A stretch of 32,000 nucleotides of DNA from Horticoccus luteus (GCF_019464535.1 NZ_CP080507.1:2340001-2372000); one strand, 5' to 3'; counted from the first letter of the stretch, positions 1 through 10,219 are shown. Translations and numbers: made by a program. Notes: generated by a model not told the origin, from the letters alone.

Positions 1-2
1 TC

Positions 3-3000
3 AACGCCCTGACCGCCGGCGCGAGCAACGACATCGCCCCCGCTGTCCCCGACCACGATACGCTCGGCGCCTCCGCCTACGAAATCCAAGGCCATGTCAC
101 CATCCGCGGCGCGGCGCCCTCCGGCCGCGTCACGCTCAACCCCATCGCCGCCGGCGGCCGCCTCCGCGCGTTCTACATCGACCCGCGCGCCGTGGTCACG
201 TTGCAGGACATCGACGTCACCGGCGGCACCGCGCACCTCGGCGGCGCCATTCTCAACGACGGCGCACTCACACTCGAAAACGTCACCCTCTCCGCCAACA
301 CCGCCGACGCCGATGCCGACGCCCCGGGTCGCGGCGGCGCGCTCTACAACCGCGGCGATTTCGCGCACTTCAATACCATCGCCACCCTCTCGCTCACCAA
401 CGTCGCCTTCACCGGCAACGTCGCCACCGAAGGTGCCGGCCTCTATCAGGCCAACGGCGAAATCACCGCGCACAGCGTCACCTTCTCCGGCCACGATGCC
501 ACCGCGCGCGATTACCGCCTCGCCGCCGGCACGTTCACCGCCGAGTCGCTCACCGCGGATACCCCGGGCGCGCCGTGGTTCGGTCCGCTCACGCCCGTCA
601 CTATCCGCAACCGGTTCACGCAGACGATCCCCGTCGATCTTGCCGCCGGTGATTCCTTCGCGGTCACGAGCCAGATCCCGTGGTCTGGCGACGCCAACAT
701 CCTCGTCGCCGGGCCATCGTTCACCGTCAGCGGCCGCGGCGACACGCGCACCATCACCACCGATCTCGGCGCCTCGCCGACCGCCGGCCCCGTCTATCTC
801 ACCGCCACCGCGACCGGCCATGGCGCCACCTTCATCCGCAAGGCCCAGGTCACCGTCGACCCCGCCGTCGTGCGCACACCAGTCGCGCGCGACGACTACA
901 TCACCTCCCCCGCGCAAGGCAGCACGATCCCCGTCCACGATCTGCTCCTCGCCAACGACTCCGACCCCGACGGCCTGAATCTCTACATCAACGACTACAC
1001 GCAGCCCCAATACGGCACCGTTTCCGAGGTCGGCGGCGTTCTCTCCTACTCCTCGCCCAACGCCGCGAACGGCTACGAAGACTCGTTCACCTACACGATT
1101 ACCAACGGCACCCACACCGCGACCGCCACGGTGCACGTTCTCCATATTCCCAACCGTATCGTTGCCGTCACCTCCGCCGCCGATTCCGACAGCGGCACGC
1201 TCCGCGCCGCGCTCGCCCAAGCCACCCAATATTCCGCCCAAGCCTGGACGCTCTCGCCCATCGGACTTTCCTCGCCCTCGCTCACGCTCGCCACCGCCGC
1301 TGAAAACGACCCCGAACTCGGCGCCTCCGCCCTCGTCATCACCACCGATGTCACGATCGATGGCAGCGGCGTTCCCAATCTCGTCGTGAGCCCGGATGCC
1401 AATGCCGCGCCCATGCGCCTCTTCCGCATCGCCCCCGGCGGCAAGCTCACGCTGCGCAACCTCACCGTCTCCGGCGGCTCCGCCCATCTCGGCGGCGCGA
1501 TCTACAACGAGGGCAAGCTCGTCCTCGATCACGCCACGCTTTCCAACAATACCGCCACCGCTCCCGACGCCGCTACCGCCGGACTCGGCGGCGCGATCTA
1601 CAACGCCGGCGGCTCGGTCACCCTCACCGGCTCCCACCTCGAAACGAACACCGCCGCCGACGCCTCGGGCACCGTTTTCGGCCTCGGCGGTGCGATCTAC
1701 ACCCGCGACGGCGCGGTCACGCTCACCGACTCCGCCCTCGCCGATAACATCGCGCAGAACGGCGCCGGCCTCTACGCCGAAGGCATCACCGGCGCCACCG
1801 CCACGTTCATCACCAGCGTGCTCGACAATCCCGATGGCGTCGCCGACCTCGCCGGCACCGGCAACGTCGCGTTTCACCGCACCCGCAGCACCATCGTTCG
1901 CATCGACGGGCCTTCCGTCGGTTCACTGATCGATCAAACCATCGATCGCAACGACTTCACCGGCGACACCACCGGCGCCGTCGCCTTCACCGCCAGCGAC
2001 CAAGTCCCCGGTCTCGCGCTCTCCGCCTCGTCCTCCGTGGACGGCGTGATTCCCAACTCCTCCCTCACCTTCGACACGACCGACGACGTTCATCACCTCA
2101 ACTTCGCCGCCACACTCTCCGGCCTCAGCGACCTCACGCTCACCGCCTCGGCGGGCGGCATAAGTTTCAGCGAACATTTCCGCGTCGCCGCCAACACCGG
2201 CACCGCCGCCGATCCCTCGGCTTATCCGCAGACTGGCGGCACCATTTACCCGTTCCAGTTCGTCACCGTCGATCCCCTCCAAGGCAAGGTTTACGACTCC
2301 TCCGGCACCCAACTCCCCGGCGGCAACGGTCCCGCCACCGACCCGCTCAACCTGCCGCTCATCGTCGCCGCCGTCACGCAACCCGCCCACGGCACCGCCA
2401 CCATCAACGCCGGCGGCCGCATCGTCTACACCCACACCGATCCCGCCTTCACCAGCGGTTCCGACGAGTTCACCTACACCGTCAGCAACGGCTTCGGCGG
2501 CACCGCCACCAGCGGCGTGCAAGTCACCATCCAACCCGCCGAACTCACCGCCACCGACATCGCCTCGTTCAACAACGCCCTCGCCCTCGCCAATGCTCAG
2601 CCGGCGACGTCGTGGACGATTCACATTGTCGCCGCCGCCAACACCACTTGGACCACCAGCGGCTACTATTCCGGCAACGCCACCGACGGCTTCTACTCCG
2701 CCGTGAAGATCGCCGGACACATCACCATCGACGCCAGCGCTTCGCCGGGCTTCACGCTCACCGTGCCCACCCCGGGCTACTCCGGCCCGCCCGCCCGCCA
2801 CTTCCTCGTCCTCGCCGGCGCCGAGCTCAATCTCAAGGACATCCGCCTCGCCGGCGGCTCCGCCTACGCCTACGGCGGCCCCCCCGCCGCGGGCAGCGCA
2901 GTTTACAACTTCGGCACGTTCACCGCCGACCACGTCACCTTCGCCAACAACAGCACCTACGCCGCTGGCCTCGGCGGCGCGCTCTACAACGACGGCGGCA

Positions 3001-4748
3001 CGGCCTCGCTCGTCGATTCCGCATTCACGAACAATAGCGTCAACGGCGGCAGTTTCGGCGGCGCGATCGCCTCCCGCAACGGCTCCCTCGCCCTCACCCG
3101 CGTCACCTTCTCCGGCAACCAGGCCACCAACGCCAAAGACGTTTACATCCTCGGCGATGCCGCCACCGCCACCATCACGCACACGGCCACATTCGTCTCC
3201 AGCTCCCTCTACGCCACCGCCAACGGCGGCACCGTCTCCGGCGCACCTCTCCCGTCGAGCCCCGTCGCCCACGATGACGTGGTTCACCTGCGCTCCGACC
3301 ACACCGCCGTCGTCCCCCTCGAAATCCTCCTCGCCAACGACACCGGCGATTCCCTCGCCTTTACCAGCGCCACGAGCGGCGCAAGCGGCTCCGTCGCCGT
3401 CGCCAACGGTTTCGTCACCTACACGCCCAACGTCCCCGACGATCCCGACAACGACACCTTCACCTACACGGTCACTGATGCCTACGGCAACCTTGCCACC
3501 GCCAACGTCGCCGTCAGCACCGCACCCGCCAACCAGCCGCCCACGCTCGACGCGCTCGCCGATCTCACCGTCCTGGAAGACGCCGCTCCGCAGACCGTCA
3601 ACCTCTCCGGCCTCTCCGCTGGCTTCGATGAAACGCAACATCTCACCGTCATCGCCACGTCCAGCAATCCGGCGCTGATCCCTGATCCCACTGTCACCTA
3701 CAACGACGGCGACACCACTGGCTCGCTCTCCTTCACGCCCCTCGCCAACGCTTCCGGCACCGCCACCATCACGGTCACCGTTCAAGACGATGGCGGCCAA
3801 GACGACGGCGGCCTCGATACACTCTCTCGCATGTTCGTGGTCACCGTCACCCCGGTGAACGACGCTCCCACGCTCGACGCCCTTGCCGACCCGCCCGCCA
3901 TTCTCGAAAACGCTCCCGCCCAAACCATCGCGCTCACCGGCCTCACCGCCGGCCCGGGCGAATCGGCGCAAACCCTCACGGTCACCGCCACGTCCAGCAA
4001 TCCGGCGCTCCTGCCCGATCCGACCGTCACCTATTCGAGCCCCGACGCCACGGGCTCGCTCACCTACACGCCCGTCTCCGGCCAGTCCGGCACCGCCACC
4101 ATCACCGTCACCGTCCGCGACGACGGCGGCACCGCCAACGCCGGCGCTGACACCTTCACGCGCACCTTCACCGTCACCGTCACGCCCGTGAACGACCCGC
4201 CCACGCTCGACCCCATCGCCGACCCCGCCGCCATTCTTGAAGACGCCGCGACACAAACCGTGAACCTCACCGGCATTTCCGCCGGTTACCTTGAGACGCA
4301 AAATCTCACCCTCACCGCCACCTCCGACAACCCGGCGCTGATCCCCAACCCCACGGTCAACTACACCAACGGCGCCTCCACGGCCACGCTCTCCTACACG
4401 CCGGTCGCCCACACCTCCGGCACCGCCACCATCACCGTCACGCTCCACGACGACGCGGGCACCGCCCACGGCGGCGTCGATACCACCACGCGTTCGTTCA
4501 CCGTCAGTGTCACGCCGCCACCCGCGCCGCCGCCCACCGTCGCGATTTCCCCTCGCTCGGGCGGCGGTGTCACGCTCCACCTCACCGGCGAGGCCAACGT
4601 CGCCTATCACATCTACGTCTCCACCGATCTCTCGACGTGGGCACTCTTTTCGACCATCACGACCGCCGGTGATGGCACCGCCACCCTCGACGATTCCACT
4701 TCCCCCGCCACCGGCGCCGCCCGCTTCTACCGGGCCGACGCCGACTGA
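3..4748 (+). CDS. Giant secreted adhesin-like repeat protein, 5' end outside the window (the listed GTG at 192 is internal)
   Basis: Frame 3 has no stop from base 3. Residues before the listed start (HVTIRGAAPSGRVTLNPIAAGGRLRAFYIDPRAVVTLQDIDVTGGTAHLGGAILNDG) repeat a module seen again later (VTIDGSGVPNLVV..MRLFRIAPGGKLTLRNLTVSGGSAHLGGAIYNEG). Recurrent GGA(I/L)YN and N-T-A motifs are typical of Pmp-type beta-helix repeats. There are three cadherin-like/VCBS-like segments (A[RH]DD..LLAND[ST]..FTYT[VI]). Three tandem Ig/cadherin-like repeats follow. A roughly 75-aa C-terminal domain ends RFYRADAD. Confidence 0.8.
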   Translation, partial: NALTAGASNDIAPAVPDHDTLGASAYEIQGHVTIRGAAPSGRVTLNPIAAGGRLRAFYIDPRAVVTLQDIDVTGGTAHLGGAILNDGALTLENVTLSANTADADADAPGRGGALYNRGDFAHFNTIATLSLTNVAFTGNVATEGAGLYQANGEITAHSVTFSGHDATARDYRLAAGTFTAESLTADTPGAPWFGPLTPVTIRNRFTQTIPVDLAAGDSFAVTSQIPWSGDANILVAGPSFTVSGRGDTRTITTDLGASPTAGPVYLTATATGHGATFIRKAQVTVDPAVVRTPVARDDYITSPAQGSTIPVHDLLLANDSDPDGLNLYINDYTQPQYGTVSEVGGVLSYSSPNAANGYEDSFTYTITNGTHTATATVHVLHIPNRIVAVTSAADSDSGTLRAALAQATQYSAQAWTLSPIGLSSPSLTLATAAENDPELGASALVITTDVTIDGSGVPNLVVSPDANAAPMRLFRIAPGGKLTLRNLTVSGGSAHLGGAIYNEGKLVLDHATLSNNTATAPDAATAGLGGAIYNAGGSVTLTGSHLETNTAADASGTVFGLGGAIYTRDGAVTLTDSALADNIAQNGAGLYAEGITGATATFITSVLDNPDGVADLAGTGNVAFHRTRSTIVRIDGPSVGSLIDQTIDRNDFTGDTTGAVAFTASDQVPGLALSASSSVDGVIPNSSLTFDTTDDVHHLNFAATLSGLSDLTLTASAGGISFSEHFRVAANTGTAADPSAYPQTGGTIYPFQFVTVDPLQGKVYDSSGTQLPGGNGPATDPLNLPLIVAAVTQPAHGTATINAGGRIVYTHTDPAFTSGSDEFTYTVSNGFGGTATSGVQVTIQPAELTATDIASFNNALALANAQPATSWTIHIVAAANTTWTTSGYYSGNATDGFYSAVKIAGHITIDASASPGFTLTVPTPGYSGPPARHFLVLAGAELNLKDIRLAGGSAYAYGGPPAAGSAVYNFGTFTADHVTFANNSTYAAGLGGALYNDGGTASLVDSAFTNNSVNGGSFGGAIASRNGSLALTRVTFSGNQATNAKDVYILGDAATATITHTATFVSSSLYATANGGTVSGAPLPSSPVAHDDVVHLRSDHTAVVPLEILLANDTGDSLAFTSATSGASGSVAVANGFVTYTPNVPDDPDNDTFTYTVTDAYGNLATANVAVSTAPANQPPTLDALADLTVLEDAAPQTVNLSGLSAGFDETQHLTVIATSSNPALIPDPTVTYNDGDTTGSLSFTPLANASGTATITVTVQDDGGQDDGGLDTLSRMFVVTVTPVNDAPTLDALADPPAILENAPAQTIALTGLTAGPGESAQTLTVTATSSNPALLPDPTVTYSSPDATGSLTYTPVSGQSGTATITVTVRDDGGTANAGADTFTRTFTVTVTPVNDPPTLDPIADPAAILEDAATQTVNLTGISAGYLETQNLTLTATSDNPALIPNPTVNYTNGASTATLSYTPVAHTSGTATITVTLHDDAGTAHGGVDTTTRSFTVSVTPPPAPPPTVAISPRSGGGVTLHLTGEANVAYHIYVSTDLSTWALFSTITTAGDGTATLDDSTSPATGAARFYRADAD
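3531..4515 (+). repeat. Three tandem in-frame domain repeats (327, 333 and about 325 bp; 108-111 aa) inside the adhesin gene
   Basis: Units start at 3531 (NQPPTLDALADLTVLEDAAPQTVNLSGLSAG), 3858 (NDAPTLDALADPPAILENAPAQTIALTGLTAG) and 4191 (NDPPTLDPIADPAAILEDAATQTVNLTGISAG). Each ends ..SGTATITVT..DD.G....G.DT..R.F.V.VTP. Confidence 0.9.
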
Positions 4749-4757
4749 TTCACCGCG

Positions 4758-5831
4758 ATGAAAACGCTTTTTCTCGCTCTCACCCTCCTGCTCCCGCCCG
4801 CCGCGCTCGCCACCCCGAGCGACCCGGTCGGCGCGCTCCAACTCACGCTCCGCGGCGGCAGCGATACGATGGTCTCGCTCCCGCTCCACCGTCCGGCCCT
4901 CGTCGAAACAACGACCGCGAGCCGCTCCGGCGCGCAACTCACCCTCGCCGCCGACCTTCCTTCCCTCCCCGCCGAAGGCGCCTTCGCCCTCGTCATGACT
5001 GGCCCGCTCGAGGGCGCCGTGCTGCCCATCACCGCCTCGTCCGCCCGCACGCTCACGGTCGAGCCCGGCGCGTTTGACCTCAGCATCCTCGCTACCGATG
5101 CCGTTGACGGTGCAGGTGCCGGCTCCGTCGTCGCGGTCATCCCTTACTGGACACTCGACACCGTATTCCCGCTCGGCGCCGGCATCACAGTTTCGCCCAG
5201 CCGCCTCGTCGCGCGTTCGCAAGTGCTCCTTTTTGACTCCACCCGCACCGGCACCAACCAAGCGGCCTCGGACGTCTATTTTTATTTCAGCGGCAACGGC
5301 ACCTACGTCGCCGGTTGGTATCGTTTCGGCGATATGACGAAGCTGTGCGGAACGACGCGCCTGCCCCCCGGACGCTCGTTTATCGTCCGCCAACCCGCCG
5401 GCTCAGATGGCAGTCTGCTCGTCACCGGCGCCGTCCAAATGGCTGCCTATCGCGTGCCCTTGGCCACCCTCGCCGCCGGCGTCGATCAGGATAACGCCGT
5501 TGCGCTTCCGGTGCCCGTCACCCTCACCCTCGATGCCTCGGCGTTGCACGAATCCGGCGCCTTCGCCGCTTCACCGAGCCGCCTCGTCGCCACGGATCAG
5601 TTGCTCGTTTTCGACAACACCACCCCGGGCATCAACAAGTCCGCCACCGCCGTCTACTTTTACTTCGCCGGCAACGGCACCTACGCAGCGGGCTGGTATC
5701 GCTTTGGCGACATGGCCCATCCCGCGGGCAGCATCACGTTGAAACCCGGCGAAGGATACGTCATCCGTCGACACGCCACCGCTCAACCGGATGTCCGTCT
5801 CTGGACCGCTCTTCCCTCCTATCTTCAATGA
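4758..5831 (+). CDS. Secreted protein with an internal two-fold domain duplication (resembles proteins annotated as TIGR02597 family; recalled from memory, unverified)
   Basis: The ATG lies 10 nt after the adhesin stop. Signal peptide MKTLFLALTLLLPPAALA. Two copies of SPSRLVA.xQ.L.FD.T..G.N..A..VYFYF.GNGTY.AGWYRFGDM sit at about 5190..5400 and 5568..5780. Confidence 0.75.
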   Translation: MKTLFLALTLLLPPAALATPSDPVGALQLTLRGGSDTMVSLPLHRPALVETTTASRSGAQLTLAADLPSLPAEGAFALVMTGPLEGAVLPITASSARTLTVEPGAFDLSILATDAVDGAGAGSVVAVIPYWTLDTVFPLGAGITVSPSRLVARSQVLLFDSTRTGTNQAASDVYFYFSGNGTYVAGWYRFGDMTKLCGTTRLPPGRSFIVRQPAGSDGSLLVTGAVQMAAYRVPLATLAAGVDQDNAVALPVPVTLTLDASALHESGAFAASPSRLVATDQLLVFDNTTPGINKSATAVYFYFAGNGTYAAGWYRFGDMAHPAGSITLKPGEGYVIRRHATAQPDVRLWTALPSYLQ

Positions 5832-6505
5832 ACTCGCGCTTTCTCTCCTTGTTTCGTCGCTCCGCGCTTCTCGCGCTCCTTCCGCTGCTGGCCATCGCCG
5901 CGCGCGCCCAGACCGTCACAATCTCGTTTGGCGCCGGCACCCTCTACGACGGCAGCGGCACGATGGTCCCCGCCGGCGCGCTCGTCCTGCTGGTCGCCGA
6001 CACCAACCAAGACGACTTCGCCGCGTTCACTGCCGGCAGTTCGCTTGCCGTTGGCAGCTACCTCAACGGCGATGATCAAATTCTCGGCCGCGCCTTCACT
6101 GACTCCGATGCCACCGTTGCGGCCAGTTTCGCTTCCATCCCTCTCGCCAGCAATCCTTCGCCCGGCGCCTTCACTGCTCTCACCACCGGTGATCGCCTCG
6201 CCCTCGTCTGGTTTCCCCAGCTCGATGCCTCCACGCTTTTCCTGAGCAACGGCGACGCCTACGGTTTATTTTCCAGCCTTTCGACGACCGCCGACGGTGA
6301 TCCCTGGACCGTCCCGGGCGCGGGCGGAACCATCATGATCAATTTTCTCACCCTCTCGGTGGGCGGCGAACATCCCGAGACAGACGGCCATGCGCCGCTC
6401 GCCGCGATCCCGGAACCGGCGACGTTCACCCTCGGCCTCGGCGGCATCGTGCTCCTCGGCGCCGCGCTGCGTCGATTCTCACGCCAACGTTCCGCTGCCC
6501 GCTGA
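5828..6505 (+). CDS. PEP-CTERM sorting-domain protein
   Basis: Its start overlaps the upstream stop in an ATGA. Signal peptide ..LLALLPLLAIAARAQ. The C-terminus IPEPATFTLGLGGIVLLGAALRRFSRQR has a PEP motif, a TM helix and an Arg-rich tail. Confidence 0.85.
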   Translation: MNSRFLSLFRRSALLALLPLLAIAARAQTVTISFGAGTLYDGSGTMVPAGALVLLVADTNQDDFAAFTAGSSLAVGSYLNGDDQILGRAFTDSDATVAASFASIPLASNPSPGAFTALTTGDRLALVWFPQLDASTLFLSNGDAYGLFSSLSTTADGDPWTVPGAGGTIMINFLTLSVGGEHPETDGHAPLAAIPEPATFTLGLGGIVLLGAALRRFSRQRSAAR

Positions 6506-6570
6506 GGCACGCTCGCGCGCCCATTCGCGCCTTCGGTTTGGTCCACCAGCCGGGCCGCCTCCGCTTCCGC

Positions 6571-7740
6571 TCACGACTTGATTTTCTTCGTCGGCCCGCC
6601 GCGCCTGGCTGAACTCTTCCGCGCGACGCCAGCGCTCACCACCGCCACCTCCTGCGCCGGCGCCGCGGGAAACGGACACGAAGCGCCGTCGAACCAGGTG
6701 CCCTCCACAAACGTCGTCGTCGCGATCGTCGGCACGCCAAATTTATTGTGGTGCAACTGTCCCGCCAGAATCTCCACCGCCAGCCCGCCGACCGTTTCAT
6801 AGTTTTGGCGCACACCCGCCATGCCGCCGCCAAAGTCGTTCAAAAACACATCCACGACGGCCACGTCGCGCGGCACCCGCAGCTTCATCTCTTCCAACCG
6901 CGGCAGAACGAACGACGCCTTCGCCACAATCACCTCCGGTCGGTAGCGCTCATACCAGTCCTTGAATCGTGCGAGCGGCACGACCACGTCGGTCTTCGAT
7001 TCTTCCATCCACGCCTCGATCGGCTCCGCCTCCGGAAAAAGCAACATCGGCACGCGATCACGCACCGGTAGATTCGCCTGCTCGCACAGGAATCCCGCCG
7101 ACCACAGGTGATCGACGCTGTAGTTCCACCCGCGGTGCATCACGAATCCGATCCGCCGGTAACCGCCCGCGATCACCCGCCGCAACGCAAGCCGCACGAT
7201 GCTGCACTGATCGTTCGTCACGTTGTGCAGATCCGGCTTGTGCGGAAAATAATCGATTTTCACCGCACTGAAGCGGTCCCACTCGAAATGAATCGAGTCG
7301 TCCGCTTCGCGCTGGTGCGACGCAATGATCACTCCGTTGATCCCGCGCGCCGCCAGAATCCCGCTCAACCGCCCGTGCGTCAGTCCCGGCTCGCGCATCC
7401 AGAAATGCTCCAGTTTGTAGCCGAGCTCCTCCGCTTTCGTCCGGGCTCCTTGATAAAAATCCGGATGCGCCGTCACCTTTTTCCAGCCCCACGCCGAATC
7501 CCAGTTTGTTACGTAGGCCAGCGTCGAGGGCGACCGCCGTTCCATGGTTCGGCCGCGATAGGCCACCAAGGCGCGCAACAGCGGATCCGGCGTGTAACCC
7601 ATCTTGCGCGCGAGCGCCTGCAGGCGTTCCCGCGTCGCCGGTGGCAGGCGCGGATGATTGCGCAACGCGAGCGACACCGTCGTCACGTGCACACCCGCGG
7701 CCTGGGCAACATCGTTCAAGGTGGTTCGACGAGGATTCAT
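6571..7740 (-). CDS. LacI-family transcriptional regulator
   Basis: The N-terminal HTH is MNPRRTTLNDVAQAAGVHVTTVSLALRNHP..RERLQALARKMGYTPDP, followed by a periplasmic-binding-fold-like body. I place the start at the ATG at 7740, not the listed 7794, because the HTH begins there. Confidence 0.85.
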   Translation of the reverse strand: MNPRRTTLNDVAQAAGVHVTTVSLALRNHPRLPPATRERLQALARKMGYTPDPLLRALVAYRGRTMERRSPSTLAYVTNWDSAWGWKKVTAHPDFYQGARTKAEELGYKLEHFWMREPGLTHGRLSGILAARGINGVIIASHQREADDSIHFEWDRFSAVKIDYFPHKPDLHNVTNDQCSIVRLALRRVIAGGYRRIGFVMHRGWNYSVDHLWSAGFLCEQANLPVRDRVPMLLFPEAEPIEAWMEESKTDVVVPLARFKDWYERYRPEVIVAKASFVLPRLEEMKLRVPRDVAVVDVFLNDFGGGMAGVRQNYETVGGLAVEILAGQLHHNKFGVPTIATTTFVEGTWFDGASCPFPAAPAQEVAVVSAGVARKSSARRGGPTKKIKS

Positions 7741-7924
7741 GCGCGTTCGGGGGTGAAAACAAAACCGCGCCGCCCACGTCACGCGGCTCGCCAATCCGTC
7801 TCAAGTCTAATGTTAGCCGCCATCGGTGATTGTCGCCGAACGCTTCCTCCGCAGCGTCGCAGACGCACCGCGCGGCCCCTTTCTGGTTCGCTCCTCCCGC
7901 GTTCGGCCTGCCCCTCCCCAACCC
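7741..7924. promoter_or_regulatory. Divergent promoter/operator region between the LacI gene and the symporter gene
   Basis: This is a 184-bp non-coding gap between divergently oriented starts. No convincing palindromic operator was found; there is only a half-site-like AATGTTAGC at 7809..7817. Confidence 0.4.
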
Positions 7925-9427
7925 ATGAGCCTCCCGGTTCAAAAATTGTCATTCCTCGAAAAAGCCGGTTACAGCGCCGGCGATGCCGCCGCGAACTTCG
8001 TCTTCATGACGATGGTGCTGTTTCAGCTCAATTTTTATACCGACGTCTTCGGTCTCTCCGCCAGCGCCGCCGCCGCCATTCTCCTCTGGCCGCGCCTCTG
8101 GGATGCCATCTTCGATCCCATCGTCGGCGTTCTCGCCGACCGCACCAACACCCGTTGGGGCAAGTTTCGTCCGTGGGTCCTCTGGACCTCCGCGCCGTGG
8201 GCCGTCTGCATGGTCCTCGCCTACACCACGCCGCTCGGCTGGAGCACCGGCATGATGATCGCCTACGCCGGCATCACGAACACCGTCCTCATGACGCTGT
8301 ACTCCATGAACAACATGCCCTACTCCGCCCTTGGTGGCGTGATGACGGCCGACCTGGAGGAACGCACCAAACTCAACTCCTACCGCTTCGTCTCGGTTAA
8401 CATCGCGCAGTTCATCGTCGGCGGTTTGACGCTTCCGCTCGTCGCCAAATTCGCCGCCGGCCACGACCGGCAGCACGGCTGGCAGGTCACGATGACCATC
8501 TGGGCCGTGCTCTGCTTCGTCCTTTTCCTCGTCACGTTTTTCTCCACGCGCGAACGCGTGAAACCCGTCGCCGCCGTAAAGAGCTCCCCGAAGCAAGACT
8601 TCGCCGACCTGCTAAAAAACCGCCCGTGGCTCGCGCTCGTGGGCTACACGGTCTTTCACTTTGCGATGCTCGCCTACCGCGGCGGCGCGCACTACAACTA
8701 CTACCACCACTACGCGGACAAAGCGGCGATGTTCGACTTCGTCGCAAAGCTGGGCCTCACCACTTCGGCGACCACGCACCCTTCAGGCCTGCTCGAATTT
8801 CTCGGCTACGTGGTGCACAGCACGCGCGAGACCGCGAGCGATTCGAACGTCGCCGATGTGTTCAACAGCATCGTCAACATGGTCGGCACCGCCACGACCA
8901 TTCTCGGCATCATCCTCTGCGCCGGCCTCTCGGGTAAATTCGGCAAGAAGAACGTCGCGCTCGTCGGCTTCTCCCTCTCCGCCGTCAACGCGTTCCTCAT
9001 GTATTTGCTGCCGCCCACCGCGGCGACGGGCATGGTCTTGCTCGCCGTCACCGGCGCGGCCGTTTACTCGCCCACGATCGCCATCATGTGGGCGATGTAT
9101 GCCGATGCCGCCGACTATTCCGAATGGCAGACCGGACGGCGCTTCACCGGCATGGTTTTTGCCACGATCGGCTTCTCCCTCAAAGCCGGCCTCGCCCTCG
9201 GCTCCGCCACCTTCCTCTGGCTCATGGCCGGCCTGTGGAATTACGACACGAGAAATCCCTCCGCGCGCGACGCCATCGCCGGGTTTCGCGTTTCGAGCAG
9301 TCTCTTCGTCGGCCTCCTTTTTCTCGGCTGCGTGCTCTGTGTCGCCGCCTGCGGGCTCAACCGCCCCGTCACCTTGCAAATGGCCGCCGAACTCGCCGAC
9401 CGCCGCCAACGCGCCGCCCGCGCCTGA
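7925..9427 (+). CDS. Glycoside-pentoside-hexuronide (GPH):cation symporter family transporter (MFS)
   Basis: MSLPVQKLSFLEKAGYSAGDAAANFVFMTMVLFQLNFYTDVFGLSA..LWDAIFDPIVGVLADRTNTRWGKFRPW is the MelB/XylP/UidB-type N-terminal signature. The protein is multi-TM throughout. I place the start at the ATG at 7925. Confidence 0.85.
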   Translation: MSLPVQKLSFLEKAGYSAGDAAANFVFMTMVLFQLNFYTDVFGLSASAAAAILLWPRLWDAIFDPIVGVLADRTNTRWGKFRPWVLWTSAPWAVCMVLAYTTPLGWSTGMMIAYAGITNTVLMTLYSMNNMPYSALGGVMTADLEERTKLNSYRFVSVNIAQFIVGGLTLPLVAKFAAGHDRQHGWQVTMTIWAVLCFVLFLVTFFSTRERVKPVAAVKSSPKQDFADLLKNRPWLALVGYTVFHFAMLAYRGGAHYNYYHHYADKAAMFDFVAKLGLTTSATTHPSGLLEFLGYVVHSTRETASDSNVADVFNSIVNMVGTATTILGIILCAGLSGKFGKKNVALVGFSLSAVNAFLMYLLPPTAATGMVLLAVTGAAVYSPTIAIMWAMYADAADYSEWQTGRRFTGMVFATIGFSLKAGLALGSATFLWLMAGLWNYDTRNPSARDAIAGFRVSSSLFVGLLFLGCVLCVAACGLNRPVTLQMAAELADRRQRAARA

Positions 9428-9454
9428 CCGCGATCCCGCCGCGATCTTCTCCGC

Positions 9455-10219
9455 TCAAAATCCCACGCTCACGCCGCCATCCACCGGCAGCGTCACGCCC
9501 GTGACGAACTTCGCCGCCGGCGAAGCCAGATAGACCGCCGCCCAGCCGATATCCTCGGGCTCACCCATGTCGCCCATCGGCGTGCGGCCAAAAATCTTGG
9601 CTTTGCGCGCCGGATCGCCGTCAAGCGCCCGACGCGACATCTCCGTCGCAATCCAGCCGGGCGCGATGCAGTTCACCCGCACTCCGTGCCCTGCCAGTTC
9701 CGTCGAGTAACCTTTGACCAAGCCCACCATCGCCGACTTCGCCGCCGTGTAGGCGATCACCAGCGGAATGCCAAAAATCGACGCCATCGAGCCGGTGAAC
9801 AAAATCGAGCCGTGCCCGCGCGCCATCATGCCAGGCGCGACCGCCCGCGTGAGCGCATGCGCCCCGACGACATGCGTGTTCAGCACCGCCTGAAACTCCT
9901 CCGGCGTCGTGTCGACCGCGGGCTTCTTCAAATGGATGCCCGCGTTGTTGACGAGGCAAGTCACCGGCCCGACGTCGCGCGTCACCCGCTCCACCAATCC
10001 GGCCGCGCCGGCAAAATCCGTCACATCATGCGTGAACGCGTGCGCCCCGCCGCCGAGCGAGGCCACCGCCGCCTGCAACTCCGCCTCCCGCCGGCCCACC
10101 AGCACCACCTTTGCTCCGGCGCCGTGCATCGCCCGCGCCATCGCCAGCCCGATGCCCGTGCCGCCGCCCGTGATCAGCGCGATCTCGCCGCGCAAGGAAA
10201 ACGCTTCGTCGAATTTCAT
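9455..10219 (-). CDS. Short-chain dehydrogenase/reductase, by context a D-mannonate/fructuronate oxidoreductase (SDR-type UxuB) or KduD-like enzyme
   Basis: Rossmann motif [13 protein letters not shown], catalytic YTAAK, and NNAG. The ATG at 10219 overlaps the uxuA stop in an ATGA. The substrate assignment is inference from its neighbours. Confidence 0.8.
   Translation of the reverse strand: MKFDEAFSLRGEIALITGGGTGIGLAMARAMHGAGAKVVLVGRREAELQAAVASLGGGAHAFTHDVTDFAGAAGLVERVTRDVGPVTCLVNNAGIHLKKPAVDTTPEEFQAVLNTHVVGAHALTRAVAPGMMARGHGSILFTGSMASIFGIPLVIAYTAAKSAMVGLVKGYSTELAGHGVRVNCIAPGWIATEMSRRALDGDPARKAKIFGRTPMGDMGEPEDIGWAAVYLASPAAKFVTGVTLPVDGGVSVGF

Noticed and set aside
94-1929. Alternative-frame plus-strand ORFs inside the adhesin gene (94..978, 680..1303, 1396..1929, and similar ones at 2612, 3157 and 3883)
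   Set aside because: Their products are Pro/Arg/Ser/Thr-rich with no structure. They are fully nested in a frame with clear repeat-domain signatures, so they are high-GC artefacts.
1923-5393. 1,156-aa ORF antisense to the adhesin gene and the following gene
   Set aside because: The product is a Gly/Arg/Asp/Ala-rich low-complexity sequence with no domain signatures. It is the mirror image of strongly supported plus-strand genes. Long stop-free antisense frames are expected at about 70% G+C.
6506-6570. Possible bidirectional terminator between the convergent PEP-CTERM and LacI genes
   Set aside because: Only a weak 5-bp GC stem (gcgcg..cgcgc) is present, with no flanking T/A runs.
7809-7817. 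AATGTTAGC, resembling a LacI-family operator half-site
   Set aside because: The adjacent bases do not form the symmetric partner (GCTAACATT), and a single half-site is not enough evidence.
7058-8400. ORFs 7058..7942 (-) and 7108..8400 (+) spanning the LacI gene, the promoter region and the transporter start
   Set aside because: They overlap well-supported genes in other frames or on the other strand, and their products are Arg-rich nonsense.
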